Shown here piece by piece: positions 8,781 through 18,139 of a DNA stretch of 59,346 bases (within the stretch, counting starts at the first letter, position 1; every line of letters begins with the position of its first letter). A program made the translations under genes and the position numbers. The notes under the pieces were generated by a model that made no database searches, was not told the DNA's origin, and saw nothing but the letters and a program-made list of their open reading frames with translations. This DNA comes from a virus. Taxonomy: Duplodnaviria > Caudoviricetes. The stretch lies in the IMG/VR virus record IMGVR_UViG_3300023235_000989, positions 1 to 59,346 of that record, one strand, 5' to 3'.

Positions 8781-10046
8781 TTACTCTCCCTGTTCTAGCC
8801 TTTTCGGCGTAAAGATGTTAAACTCAGGAATACTCAACTTTGATCGAAGAATCTTCTCTGCTATGTTTTTTGCGCCTGCGAAAGCAAGTCCAAATTTATT
8901 GCGCCCGTGAGCGGCGTTAATGTAATGATTCTCGAAGTGTGGAATCTCTCCCATAAGCGGAAGACCATCCTCCATCTCGGTCTCAATGTAAGTCCATGCG
9001 TGAGTAACCTCCATATGGTTTGTAATAGGGATACTATTCATCATGGTCTTATCTAGCTGGCCTAGCACTCTCTCATTAAACCCAGTGTCATCAGTGATGC
9101 CAACCTCTGGATCCTTCGTAAGTCCGTTCTTACCACCGGTCATAATTACAGAACGGTTATGGATCCTGACCGAGTCTAGTCCACGGTTTAGTTCTACTGG
9201 CATGAGAGGTAGCGGCATGTCATCTAGATCCATAGATAGAGGTTCTGTGCGGATAACCTGCTCGCGACGATGGATCACTGTTTCTTGGATACGATCCCAT
9301 GGTGCGGTATCCGTAGATGTGTGAATGATCTTACCTGCGGTTAGGACGTGACCGTTCGACAAGTGGAGCTGCGGGCCAAACTCCTCTGATGTTTCAGCGC
9401 GCTTAACTCTAGTGCCATAAGCCATCCATACGTTATTCTTACGCATCAATCGTGCCAACTTATTAGTAAAGGCAAACGGATCAAACATCCCCTCACCAGG
9501 AACGAATAGAGAGCCCTTAACATGAGGGACAACCATTACGTGCTGTGACTGACTGTGGTCAAATCGTGCGGGGTAGTATCCCCACTTACGTAGTAGTTCA
9601 AAGCTTTCATCTAGCTCAACCAACTCTTTAGCGGTAGATGCCATGCGGAGGCCACCATTAAACTCTGCGTCGCAATCAATACCACGCTCGATAAGATCCC
9701 GGAGAGCGATGTTGTTCTTTGAGCTGTAGTTATACAGCTTCTTCGCCGTGTTTTTACCCAATAGGTCCGACATGTATCTAGCCGGGTGGTTACTACCAAG
9801 ATAGACACTCCCATTCATTCGACCACTAGACTTGAACCCCGGGTAGGAGGCTTCATCAAGCACTATGACGCGCAAAACCTTCTTATTCTTCTTCGCTAAG
9901 CGAGTAAGCCAGTAGGCTGTGCTGATGCCACTAAACCCAGCACCAATGATAGCCACGTCAGCATACTGTGGTAGTTGCGTTTGGAATGCAAAGTCAGGAG
10001 CCGTATTCTCCCACCAAAAACTATACTTCTTTGAGGTCGCACCCAT
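8781..10046 (-). CDS. FAD-dependent oxidoreductase (DAO/PuuB/glycine-oxidase family)
   Basis: DVAIIGAGFSGISTAY Rossmann motif, SSGRMNG, DGLPLMG and a C-terminal AHGRNKFG. Confidence 0.85.
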   Translation of the reverse strand: MGATSKKYSFWWENTAPDFAFQTQLPQYADVAIIGAGFSGISTAYWLTRLAKKNKKVLRVIVLDEASYPGFKSSGRMNGSVYLGSNHPARYMSDLLGKNTAKKLYNYSSKNNIALRDLIERGIDCDAEFNGGLRMASTAKELVELDESFELLRKWGYYPARFDHSQSQHVMVVPHVKGSLFVPGEGMFDPFAFTNKLARLMRKNNVWMAYGTRVKRAETSEEFGPQLHLSNGHVLTAGKIIHTSTDTAPWDRIQETVIHRREQVIRTEPLSMDLDDMPLPLMPVELNRGLDSVRIHNRSVIMTGGKNGLTKDPEVGITDDTGFNERVLGQLDKTMMNSIPITNHMEVTHAWTYIETEMEDGLPLMGEIPHFENHYINAAHGRNKFGLAFAGAKNIAEKILRSKLSIPEFNIFTPKRLEQGE

Positions 10047-10047
10047 A

Positions 10048-10359
10048 TTAATTTAGTGAAAAGTCCTTGTGATCTGTATCTCTATCATCGTCAGCGGCCT
10101 CTTGCTTTATCATTGCCTTAGAAAGCTTCCGAAGGTTTTCTCTTACAAAAACTTTGTCTTGTTGTTGGTATCTACTTACACAGAATGTGCATGCCTCAAG
10201 GTGTCTTTCACTGCCACGAACAGCTACGGTCTCTTGACTAGGTTGCGTTATGCTACCATCACTATTCACATACTTACCAAGACGCTTCTTATTACATGCA
10301 GGGCAGTCAACCATCCTGATTGTTGGGATACCATTACTGCTGTTGTTTACGCTGAACAT
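10048..10359 (-). CDS. hypothetical zinc-finger protein
   Basis: CPAC and CTFC pairs; start moved to ATG at 10359, which follows a GGAGG RBS. Confidence 0.65.
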   Translation of the reverse strand: MFSVNNSSNGIPTIRMVDCPACNKKRLGKYVNSDGSITQPSQETVAVRGSERHLEACTFCVSRYQQQDKVFVRENLRKLSKAMIKQEAADDDRDTDHKDFSLN

Positions 10360-10369
10360 CTTTCCTCCA

Positions 10370-10380
10370 TTATACACTAA
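10370..10380 (-). promoter_or_regulatory. possible second-class promoter element TTAGTGTATAA
   Basis: An identical 11-mer occurs at 51521-51531; both lie at gene boundaries just upstream of an RBS. Confidence 0.35.
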
Positions 10381-10872
10381 TCATTTGCCGGTAGAACCAA
10401 ATCCACCAGCGCCACGAGTTGTTTCATCCGGATCCGGATACTCATACTCAACTTCATCTTCTAGCTCGTGAATTTTTACGATACGAGCTTGCGCGATGCG
10501 GTCGCCAGCCTTGACCAAGTAGTCTATACCGCTGTGGTTATAGAGCAAGATCTTAATTAAGCCACGATAATCAGAGTCGATCTCACCAGCCTCTACAGTG
10601 ACTGCTTTTTTGGCAGCCAGCCCCGAACGGGAACGTAACACCAATGCATATCCTGGAGGTATTGAGGCAACTACCAGTGAATTTATGAGGGCGCTACCCA
10701 CGCCCAGAATGGGGTCATGCTTGGGGATGACGATAGTTTCGGGTGAGACTAGGTCAAAAGCCATAGAACCGACAGTCACGCGGACAGGGATTAGGTCATC
10801 CCTATTCTCTGGCACATGCCAGGTAATGCGCGGTGCGGGTTCTGGCTTATTACTTGGCCAGAACCACCCCAT
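10381..10872 (-). CDS. dut: trimeric dUTPase
   Basis: RSGLA, GEIDSDYRG, GDRIAQ and RGAGGFGSTG motifs. Confidence 0.95.
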   Translation of the reverse strand: MGWFWPSNKPEPAPRITWHVPENRDDLIPVRVTVGSMAFDLVSPETIVIPKHDPILGVGSALINSLVVASIPPGYALVLRSRSGLAAKKAVTVEAGEIDSDYRGLIKILLYNHSGIDYLVKAGDRIAQARIVKIHELEDEVEYEYPDPDETTRGAGGFGSTGK

Positions 10873-10873
10873 C

Positions 10874-11386
10874 CTATTCCTCTACTCCGAACCCCAGCAT
10901 ACGGGTGAGTGACTCGCGAGTAAAGTGAGCGAGGATACCCAACTCTTCTGCGTTAAGGAACATCTGAACACGTTGTGTGCTTCCCCCGGCAGTGCGACTC
11001 AACTTAAAGCCGAAGTTAGGCTCACCGTTGTATTCCCCAGCATTGATCTCAAGCACGCTAGTGATTTGCTTCTCTGGTTGGCTATGCAGGCACTTAGCCT
11101 GACTCTTCCGACCATTAAAGAGAGGTAGCAGCTTAGCAATATCTGCTACTCCGATCTTAAATACGATCTTGCCGTTCCAATCAAACTGATCCTTTGCGCC
11201 AATCGCAAGCTTCGGACCTCTCTGATTTGCCGCCTCTAGGAAGATAGCCTTCTTGACGGGATCGTAAGAGAACTGAATAGCCGCACCGGCATCATCCTTC
11301 TTTAGCGGCTTGTAAACATTCCAGTGTGGCTTCTTGCGATATGCCCGATTCTGTGTGTCATCATCTCGATTTTGCGTGTCACTCAT
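10874..11386 (-). CDS. Whirly-like single-stranded nucleic-acid-binding protein
   Basis: NVYK...AAIQF...IFLEAA...QFDWNGKIVFKIGVADIAKLL parallels the Whirly signature (YKGKAAL...LQFA...YDWxxKxxFxLSxxEIG). Confidence 0.55.
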   Translation of the reverse strand: MSDTQNRDDDTQNRAYRKKPHWNVYKPLKKDDAGAAIQFSYDPVKKAIFLEAANQRGPKLAIGAKDQFDWNGKIVFKIGVADIAKLLPLFNGRKSQAKCLHSQPEKQITSVLEINAGEYNGEPNFGFKLSRTAGGSTQRVQMFLNAEELGILAHFTRESLTRMLGFGVEE

Positions 11387-12231
11387 AGCTTCTTACCCTT
11401 CTTTTTTGCCTTCTTCTTTAGATCGTTAAGTATACGAAGCGCCTTACGGGCTTCTCCCGTAGTCAGCTTCTCGACAGAGAATACCTCTCTGGTGGTAATC
11501 CCCTCTAGTAATTCCTTCAGGGATAACTCAAGACCTGTCAGTATCTTATCGATAAGCTTTGCTTGTTCAGCCTTAATTGGACTATCATCATCTGGCGCTA
11601 GCTCTTCACCAGCATCCTTATCCACGATCTCTTCCGCTGCGTGAGCTGCAATGCCAAGAACCTTACGCAAGCAACGCGCCTCCGCACGAGCTGATGCTAC
11701 CGCTGTTGGGAAAAGCGCTAACTCTTCACAGTTAGAATAAAAGGCGTCAGCCGAATCAGAGAACGTCCTGCCATCCTTCAGAGTGATATTGAAGGTCACG
11801 GATGCCATCGGAAAGTTATGCGTTGCGATCTCTTCATGCACGGACATGACATCATCATCTCCATTCTTACTTGTTAACTCTTGAATGTGTTCCCGTGGCA
11901 CAATTATGAGTTGATTAACCTTGCTCTCTTCTTTTAGGATGAAGGGTTTGGCTAAGCGTCGCAAGCCATGTAGTCGTGGAGCTGGCCCCTTAGCTGAATT
12001 GAAGACCTCGCCCTCCTTGAGCTTACTCATCCAGTCCTCTGTGTCTAGGTCTGGCTCAATTTCAGGAGTCTCCTCAACAACTTCCTCCGCAGCTTGTTCT
12101 TCGATTACCTCGTCGGTTGAAACAATTTCTTCGGTGATAGGCTCATCCAGTATGATGTTGTTAACATCCACTTTCTCGCCGTCCTCTTTAGTTTTGTTCA
12201 ACATACCAGACTGATGCTCTGTCATCTTCAC
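11383..12231 (-). CDS. Rad52/Sak-like single-strand annealing protein
   Basis: Acidic N-terminus; core LHGLRRLA...FSDSADA...AVASARAEARCLRKVLGI...AEE typical of phage SSAPs; small C-terminal helical domain. Confidence 0.6.
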   Translation of the reverse strand: MKMTEHQSGMLNKTKEDGEKVDVNNIILDEPITEEIVSTDEVIEEQAAEEVVEETPEIEPDLDTEDWMSKLKEGEVFNSAKGPAPRLHGLRRLAKPFILKEESKVNQLIIVPREHIQELTSKNGDDDVMSVHEEIATHNFPMASVTFNITLKDGRTFSDSADAFYSNCEELALFPTAVASARAEARCLRKVLGIAAHAAEEIVDKDAGEELAPDDDSPIKAEQAKLIDKILTGLELSLKELLEGITTREVFSVEKLTTGEARKALRILNDLKKKAKKKGKKL

Positions 12232-12952
12232 CTATCTCCTTAATCGCTTGTTCGATTTTGTCAATTCTCAGTTGGCTAAGTGGACCATTATTATCCCGCA
12301 CTCGTAAAACGTTGTAACCCACTGCATTGATCATGTCATCCTTGCGGGTATCGCGTTCCTGTTGTTGGGCAAGATGCTCCTCTCCATAGATAGGCAGGAA
12401 GTGTGTGGGGCCGTCAACTTCAATAGCGATACGTTCCTTTGGTAGACCTAAGTCTACTTCAAAATCCTTACCGGTGGTATAGTTAGTTGACCTCTCTTCT
12501 ACTGTGTATCCTCGCTTACGAAGCTCTTCTGCAATGAAGCGTTCTAGACGAGAGCCTTGACCTTGCGCCTCCTTAGCCTTGCTGGCGAGACCCTCCATCA
12601 TTAGCTTTCGATCTTGTTCAGACATACCAGCCCACTTGCGCTGCCATGCTGATCCGATCTTGCGTTTGACTTCGTCACGCTGTTCGTCATCTAGAGATTC
12701 CCAGAAGTCACCTAGACTATGAGAAATCTTCTTCTTGGTTTCATCCGTATGCTTACGACCCTTCATTTGATGGTCGTGCTCTTTTAGGAAGTTCTTTTGT
12801 GCCTCGCCCTTAGATCGAGCGGTGATACCCACCTTTTTCATAAAGCGAGATAAGGATGCCAGGGGCACCTTCATCTTTTTAGCTGTGGCACGCATACTTA
12901 ATCCCTCTTCGAGATAGAACTCGCGCACAATCTGTTCGTTGATTTCAGCCAT
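12188..12952 (-). CDS. HTH + NUMOD3 + Vsr/DUF559-like PD-(D/E)xK endonuclease
   Basis: N-terminal HTH (LSMRATAKKMKV), GRKHTDETKKKIS NUMOD3 motif, and EVDL...IAIEVDGPTH...D..K...GYNVLRV. Confidence 0.8.
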   Translation of the reverse strand: MAEINEQIVREFYLEEGLSMRATAKKMKVPLASLSRFMKKVGITARSKGEAQKNFLKEHDHQMKGRKHTDETKKKISHSLGDFWESLDDEQRDEVKRKIGSAWQRKWAGMSEQDRKLMMEGLASKAKEAQGQGSRLERFIAEELRKRGYTVEERSTNYTTGKDFEVDLGLPKERIAIEVDGPTHFLPIYGEEHLAQQQERDTRKDDMINAVGYNVLRVRDNNGPLSQLRIDKIEQAIKEIGEDDRASVWYVEQN

Positions 12953-13647
12953 TATGGTCTCATTAGGTCTGGGTCCATATCAGGAACTAATCGCTTGACT
13001 TCATTCATGATATCCACCGCCGTGCCACCAAACCTACGTTGTAGATGAGAGACTCCATGTGGCGCGTTCTTCTTAAAGTCGCGAATGTCCGCCAGTGCAA
13101 TGCGGAAGCTGGTCTTACCAGTCGCGGGATCTAGCCCCTCAGAGATTAACTGACGGAGGCGATCCTCTTTATTCTTTCTCTGAGCAACGTCTCGACGGGT
13201 TGTCATGGTGGCGTCAACGTCCTCTGGCGACTTGACTACCTCCTTCATAGCTTCCTGTTGATCAACTAGCTTCTGCTCTGCCACTGCGTGGTCTGTAACA
13301 CTCTGTGCTTGACGTTCCTGCTCGTTCTGTGCATGGGCACTATCCAGTTCGGCAATCACTCCTGAGTTGACTAGGGACTTCGCATCCTCAATTGACCTAA
13401 TATCGAATGCGGCCAGCACTCTACGAACCTCTTCAACTGACACATCAAATCGATTCGAAAGATAATGAGCGTCGCCAATATCGGCATACATCTTCACTAA
13501 ACTGACTGCACTCTTCGTGGTTAGCTTATTGGAGGCTGCGAGCAACTTATCGCGCAACGCATCTCCCTTACCACGGTTCCATGCATCAATCTCGCCTTGC
13601 TTGATCTCTGGCACTTCTTCGTGATTTAATCGCTTCTTGTCGTTCAT
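12952..13647 (-). CDS. hypothetical protein (possible HTH, coiled coil)
   Basis: GGAGG RBS directly downstream of promoter copy 2. Confidence 0.7.
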   Translation of the reverse strand: MNDKKRLNHEEVPEIKQGEIDAWNRGKGDALRDKLLAASNKLTTKSAVSLVKMYADIGDAHYLSNRFDVSVEEVRRVLAAFDIRSIEDAKSLVNSGVIAELDSAHAQNEQERQAQSVTDHAVAEQKLVDQQEAMKEVVKSPEDVDATMTTRRDVAQRKNKEDRLRQLISEGLDPATGKTSFRIALADIRDFKKNAPHGVSHLQRRFGGTAVDIMNEVKRLVPDMDPDLMRP

Positions 13648-13664
13648 CAATATCCTCCTATTCT

Positions 13665-13690
13665 ATTATGTGTCTACTTGACGAATTCGT
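13665..13690 (-). promoter_or_regulatory. putative phage promoter, copy 2 (ACGA-N12-GACACATAAT)
   Basis: Minus strand ACGA ATTCGTCAAGTA GACACATAAT, overlapping the end of gmd. Confidence 0.75.
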
Positions 13691-14741
13691 CCTTCATTTT
13701 TACCCTATCAACTACTCCTTCTCGCAGACAGTCGCGGTATACCATACTATACACTAAGTCTTGGAAGTCGTGTTCGGGGGTCCAGCCTAGCTTGTTGTGT
13801 GCTTTGGCTGAGTTGCCAATCAGAACATCAACTTCCGATGGGCGAACAAACTCTGGGTTAATGGTTACGTATTGGCTCCAATCATCAATACCGACAAAGC
13901 CGAAGGCAAGATCTAGGAAGTCTCTGATGCGATAAGTCTGCCCCATAGAGATTACAAAATCCTCCGGGTCCTTTTGTTGTAGCATCATCCATGCTGCGCG
14001 CATGTAGTCTTCTGCATGCCCCCAGTCACGATAGGCATCTAGGTTACCAAGTTCTATAGTGCTCTTCTCTCCTGTTAGGATACGCGCAATGCCATCAGTG
14101 ATCTTACGAGTCACAAACTCAATGCCGCGATAGGGAGATTCATGATTGAACAGGATGCCGCCGACCGCGAACATGTCATAAGCCTCTCGGTAGTTACGCA
14201 CCAACGAATGGGCTGTAAGCTTAGCTACGCCATAAGGTGAGCGCGGAATCATAGGAGAGTTCTCATCCAGAACCTTCTCGAAGACCACACCTTTCTCTGG
14301 CCTATCCTTACCTAAGATAGCCGAGTTACCGAACTGCTCTGAGCTACCCGCTTGATAGAAGCGTGTCTTTGGAGAGAACTGTCGAACGGCTTCTAGACAG
14401 ATAGCAGCGCCTTGACCGGTGATCTCTAAGGTAGAAAGCGGAGACTTGAATGAGTGCCACACCTGACTTTGTGCTGCGAGATTGTAGAAGAATTCTGGCT
14501 TGTATTCAACGACGATGCGAGCAATTGATGACAAGTCTGTGATGTCACCCGCCTCAATAATAAGATGTCCATCGGCGCAAAACTTCTCATATCCTGGAAT
14601 ATCTGTTAGCCGCCATCCAGTGGATGAGCTAGTCCGGCGCTGGATGCCAACAACACGATGTCCCTTCTCTAATAAGAGCTTAGCGAGGTAAAAGCCATCT
14701 TGTCCATAAATTCCAGTAATGATTGATGTTGGTTGATTCAT
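13674..14741 (-). CDS. gmd: GDP-mannose 4,6-dehydratase
   Basis: ITGIYGQDGFYL, LAAQSQV, RFYQAGSSE, PRSPYGVAK, NHESP, EFVTRKI and RDWGHA. Confidence 0.96.
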   Translation of the reverse strand: MNQPTSIITGIYGQDGFYLAKLLLEKGHRVVGIQRRTSSSTGWRLTDIPGYEKFCADGHLIIEAGDITDLSSIARIVVEYKPEFFYNLAAQSQVWHSFKSPLSTLEITGQGAAICLEAVRQFSPKTRFYQAGSSEQFGNSAILGKDRPEKGVVFEKVLDENSPMIPRSPYGVAKLTAHSLVRNYREAYDMFAVGGILFNHESPYRGIEFVTRKITDGIARILTGEKSTIELGNLDAYRDWGHAEDYMRAAWMMLQQKDPEDFVISMGQTYRIRDFLDLAFGFVGIDDWSQYVTINPEFVRPSEVDVLIGNSAKAHNKLGWTPEHDFQDLVYSMVYRDCLREGVVDRVKMKDEFVK

Positions 14742-15706
14742 AATACCTCGTTCTCCTGTGCCCACTTGTAGCTCCGGTCTAGCATTACATCTAGACTAGT
14801 TTGAGCTGTAAAACCAAAGCCGGTTCGCGCACGACTCACGTCGAGACAACGCCTCGGCTGTCCATTGGGTTTGGTCTTGTCCCAGATGGTTATGCCTTCA
14901 TATCCGACTACCTTCTTAATCTTCTCGGCTAACTCCAGGATCGTTACCTCTCTACCCGTGCCAATGTTTACAGGCTCCTGATCATCGTGTAGTAATGTTG
15001 CGCGGAGGATCGCATCTGCGCAATCGCCCGCATATAGAAACTCTCGTGACGCAGACCCGTCACCCCACAACGTTACGCTAGGTGCGCCGCTGATCTTTGC
15101 CTGATGGAACTTCTTAAGCATCGCAGGAATGACGTGACTACTTTCGTCCTTAAAGTTATCCCACTCTCCAGCCATGTTAACTGGGATGAGAAAGATTCCG
15201 CTAAGCCCATACTGGGCACGGTATGCCTTAAGCATCTCTAGCTGCACACGTTTGGCGATACCATAGGGCGCGTTAGTCTCCTCGGGGTAACCGTTGTATA
15301 GGTCTTCCTCCTTGAACGGAACCTGGGTGTGCTTGGGGTAACTACAGACAGTGCCGATACCAACAAACTTACATTGTGGTAAGACGCATCGCGTTTCCTC
15401 AATAAGGTTAGTGGTCATCATCAAGTTATTATAAAGGAACTCTCCTGGCTTATTTTGATTGATTCCAATACCACCACATTGAGCAGCTAGATGAATAATA
15501 ATGTCTGGCTGCTGCTTAAACAGATAGGTGTTGATGTGATCCTGTTCCAAAAGATTAAGCCGTGAACGAGTTGGTGTTAGAATCTTGATATCAAGTCTTG
15601 CTCCATTAGTGCCTCCTTCACGATACTCCTCTAGAGCCTTAACGACGTGATGTCCCAAGAAACCGCCAGCGCCAGTCACAAGAATGGTTGAATTATCAGC
15701 TATCAC
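14738..15706 (-). CDS. fcl: GDP-4-keto-6-deoxy-sugar epimerase/reductase (Fcl/WcaG or ColC-like)
   Basis: LAAQCGGI, GTVCSYPK, PEETNAPYGIAK, SSHVIPA and WGDGSASREF. Confidence 0.9.
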   Translation of the reverse strand: MIADNSTILVTGAGGFLGHHVVKALEEYREGGTNGARLDIKILTPTRSRLNLLEQDHINTYLFKQQPDIIIHLAAQCGGIGINQNKPGEFLYNNLMMTTNLIEETRCVLPQCKFVGIGTVCSYPKHTQVPFKEEDLYNGYPEETNAPYGIAKRVQLEMLKAYRAQYGLSGIFLIPVNMAGEWDNFKDESSHVIPAMLKKFHQAKISGAPSVTLWGDGSASREFLYAGDCADAILRATLLHDDQEPVNIGTGREVTILELAEKIKKVVGYEGITIWDKTKPNGQPRRCLDVSRARTGFGFTAQTSLDVMLDRSYKWAQENEVL

Positions 15707-16853
15707 CGTTCACCGCCTTAATGATGATGTCTGACATAGCGTCGATATCAGAAAGTTCTAACTCAGGATGCACTCCGACATAGAACCCCTGACGATTGAT
15801 CCTTTCGGCGTTAGGAAACTCCGTCTGTAACGTGCTGCCGAAATACTTCTGCACGACAGGCTGGGTGGTGATAGGCATCATACGCCTGACTTCGATACCA
15901 CCATCGTTAAGCTCGCGAATGATTCTGTTGGCATCCATCTTTTCACCTAGCAGGATTGGGTATACCATAAAGGTGTGACCATTCCTATCGGGAAGGTCAA
16001 CGCCACGAACCCTTAGGTCGTGTAAGCGCTGCCGGAAATTCTCAGCGTTCAGCTTTCGCTTCTCGTAAAGCTCATCCCTGCGCTCAATCTGAGCCTTTGC
16101 TAGGGCTGCTGGAACATCACTCCACTTCATGGAGTGTCCCCAGATATCGAAGTGGAACTTGTCAGCAATCTGATGGATGTTCTCATTACCAAATCTAGCA
16201 CTACGACCATGGTTGATCAACTTCCAGCAGTGATGGTCGAGCGCTGAGTCATTAGTCATAATGACACCACCACCACCGGCAGAGATCAGGTGATTGCTAA
16301 AGAAGGACGTAGTGAGAATATGTCCTCGACCTATGCCAGGAGCAAACGTTGACTCACATGCATCTTCCACGACCCACACATCATGCTTCTCACATACGTC
16401 GAACACCTTAGGACTACAAGCCTTGCCAAACAGGTGAACAGGAACTACAATGTCTACTGGTCGACCAATATTACTGGCGTCGTTCAAGACATTCTGTAGA
16501 CTGGCAGGACACATGTTAGCGGAAGGTAGTTCTACATCGACTAGCACGATATCACATCCGGGTAGGACAGCGGCAGCTAGAGTAGAAATGTATGTGCAAG
16601 CTGGCACTGCGACTAGTGGCCTACGCCCATTATTAGCGAGGCGCGTTTCTACGATCGCTTGGATTGCTACGTGAATAGCGCTCTGTCCTGAGTTAAGTGC
16701 TAGCCCATGCTTCATACCATGTAGTCGCGCCGTTTCTTTCTCGACGTGATCTACGACAGGACCGGGAGAAATAAAGTTTGCGCTCAATACATCCATGACG
16801 TAACGCTTCTCTAATTCTCCTATGCTTGAACTTCCTAGTGTGAAACGTTTCAT
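15696..16853 (-). CDS. DegT-family PLP enzyme with His at the Schiff-base Lys position (ColD-like 3-dehydratase)
   Basis: NSGQSA, PVHLFG, EDACES; SFFSNHLISAGGGG has H where the paralog at 22394 has K (SFQAVKNLPTADGG). Confidence 0.8.
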   Translation of the reverse strand: MKRFTLGSSSIGELEKRYVMDVLSANFISPGPVVDHVEKETARLHGMKHGLALNSGQSAIHVAIQAIVETRLANNGRRPLVAVPACTYISTLAAAVLPGCDIVLVDVELPSANMCPASLQNVLNDASNIGRPVDIVVPVHLFGKACSPKVFDVCEKHDVWVVEDACESTFAPGIGRGHILTTSFFSNHLISAGGGGVIMTNDSALDHHCWKLINHGRSARFGNENIHQIADKFHFDIWGHSMKWSDVPAALAKAQIERRDELYEKRKLNAENFRQRLHDLRVRGVDLPDRNGHTFMVYPILLGEKMDANRIIRELNDGGIEVRRMMPITTQPVVQKYFGSTLQTEFPNAERINRQGFYVGVHPELELSDIDAMSDIIIKAVNGDS

Positions 16854-17200
16854 CGTGCTTTGTAGTCCTTAAGGTCCGGTTCTTTAATGATATCAGCGTC
16901 TTTACCCAAGATGGCTTCTGCCGCCATGTCACCTAGAGAAGCGATAAGACGCGGGCGCACCTTGCCATTCCAGTAGTCAATCTTACGCTTGATGGCACCG
17001 ATCTCTTCGTCGGATAGTTCTTCTTCTCGGGCTGCATTTTCAAGCATGAATAGCTTAACGTGAGTGATCATCAGACGTTCTATAGCATAGGTCATCGTGA
17101 CGGGGTGCTCTGTAATAGACTCCCCCCTCATTTCAGCCATACGGGTTGTAAATTGTTTTGACCTTAAGAAGTCATACAGATATTGGTCAATGTCTTTCAT
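16850..17200 (-). CDS. DUF4254-like protein
   Basis: IERLMITHVKLFMLEN...KRKIDYWN...R pattern; adjacent to a GT9 gene. Confidence 0.5.
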   Translation of the reverse strand: MKDIDQYLYDFLRSKQFTTRMAEMRGESITEHPVTMTYAIERLMITHVKLFMLENAAREEELSDEEIGAIKRKIDYWNGKVRPRLIASLGDMAAEAILGKDADIIKEPDLKDYKAR

Positions 17201-18084
17201 TCTATGTATCCCTCAATTAGATCACTTATGACTGAAACACTGGGCGCGGGGCACAATTCCAATACTTTGTGATCACTTCTTAGTCCCATTGCTTTGATCC
17301 CCGTCTTGTTAAGTGGGAAGTCTCTGCTGTGTAGTTTAATGATTGGCGTATTACCCGCACAGGCTAAGGCGACCGCGCCGCTGTCTAGCCCCAGCCAAAG
17401 ATCGCTAGCTCCAATGAGATAAGACCACACTCTGTATGGCATACCCCGCGCATCAATAGCGCCATCAGGAATAGGTTCGTTGGGTGCCCCGGTGAATACT
17501 GACTTGATTCCGCGAGACTCTAGTTCTGCTACTAGTAGCTTGTAGTTCTCAGGTGACCATACCGGACTAGCTGCGTAACTAATGTGGTTGACGGTGATAA
17601 ACTTGTCTTCTGGCTTGGCGATGTTATTAGCGTGTAGGAAGTCTGCCGTTGCCTGATGGTCGGCGGGGGTGCATTCCAACACGATCTTACGATCGATTGG
17701 TGGTTCCAACCCAGCATTACGTGCCCTTAGCGAGATGAAGTCTTCGCTGGGGCGCTCATAGAAGTTGCTTTGGCGTGGCCAGTATTGCAGATCGTAAACC
17801 TTGGAGTATTCCTGAGTGGCATAAACGCGGATTATATCGTCCATGATATATTCTGCGTCTTGACGGCTGTCGTGTCCTTCGGGGAGTGTGAACTTAACCA
17901 CATGATTGACATCAGGGTTGGTCTCAACCACCTCTGCAAACTTATCTCGGATCAACCAAGAGATATCTGCCTCCGGATGCATGAGTCTTATCTTACGAAC
18001 GATAGGAGTGGCGTATAGCACGTCCGCCATAGCGCCCCAGGCAATGATCCCGATGGTTTCTTTAGTGCTTGTTTTTTGAGTCAT
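17197..18084 (-). CDS. glycosyltransferase family 9 (heptosyltransferase-like)
   Basis: GAMADVLYATPIVRKIR..HPEADISWL, NPDV and GLDSGAVALA. Confidence 0.85.
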   Translation of the reverse strand: MTQKTSTKETIGIIAWGAMADVLYATPIVRKIRLMHPEADISWLIRDKFAEVVETNPDVNHVVKFTLPEGHDSRQDAEYIMDDIIRVYATQEYSKVYDLQYWPRQSNFYERPSEDFISLRARNAGLEPPIDRKIVLECTPADHQATADFLHANNIAKPEDKFITVNHISYAASPVWSPENYKLLVAELESRGIKSVFTGAPNEPIPDGAIDARGMPYRVWSYLIGASDLWLGLDSGAVALACAGNTPIIKLHSRDFPLNKTGIKAMGLRSDHKVLELCPAPSVSVISDLIEGYIE

Positions 18085-18139
18085 TGTGGCTTTTTATTGG
18101 GGTCAATGCGTGCCTTTCGAGTCACTACGGTATACATCT

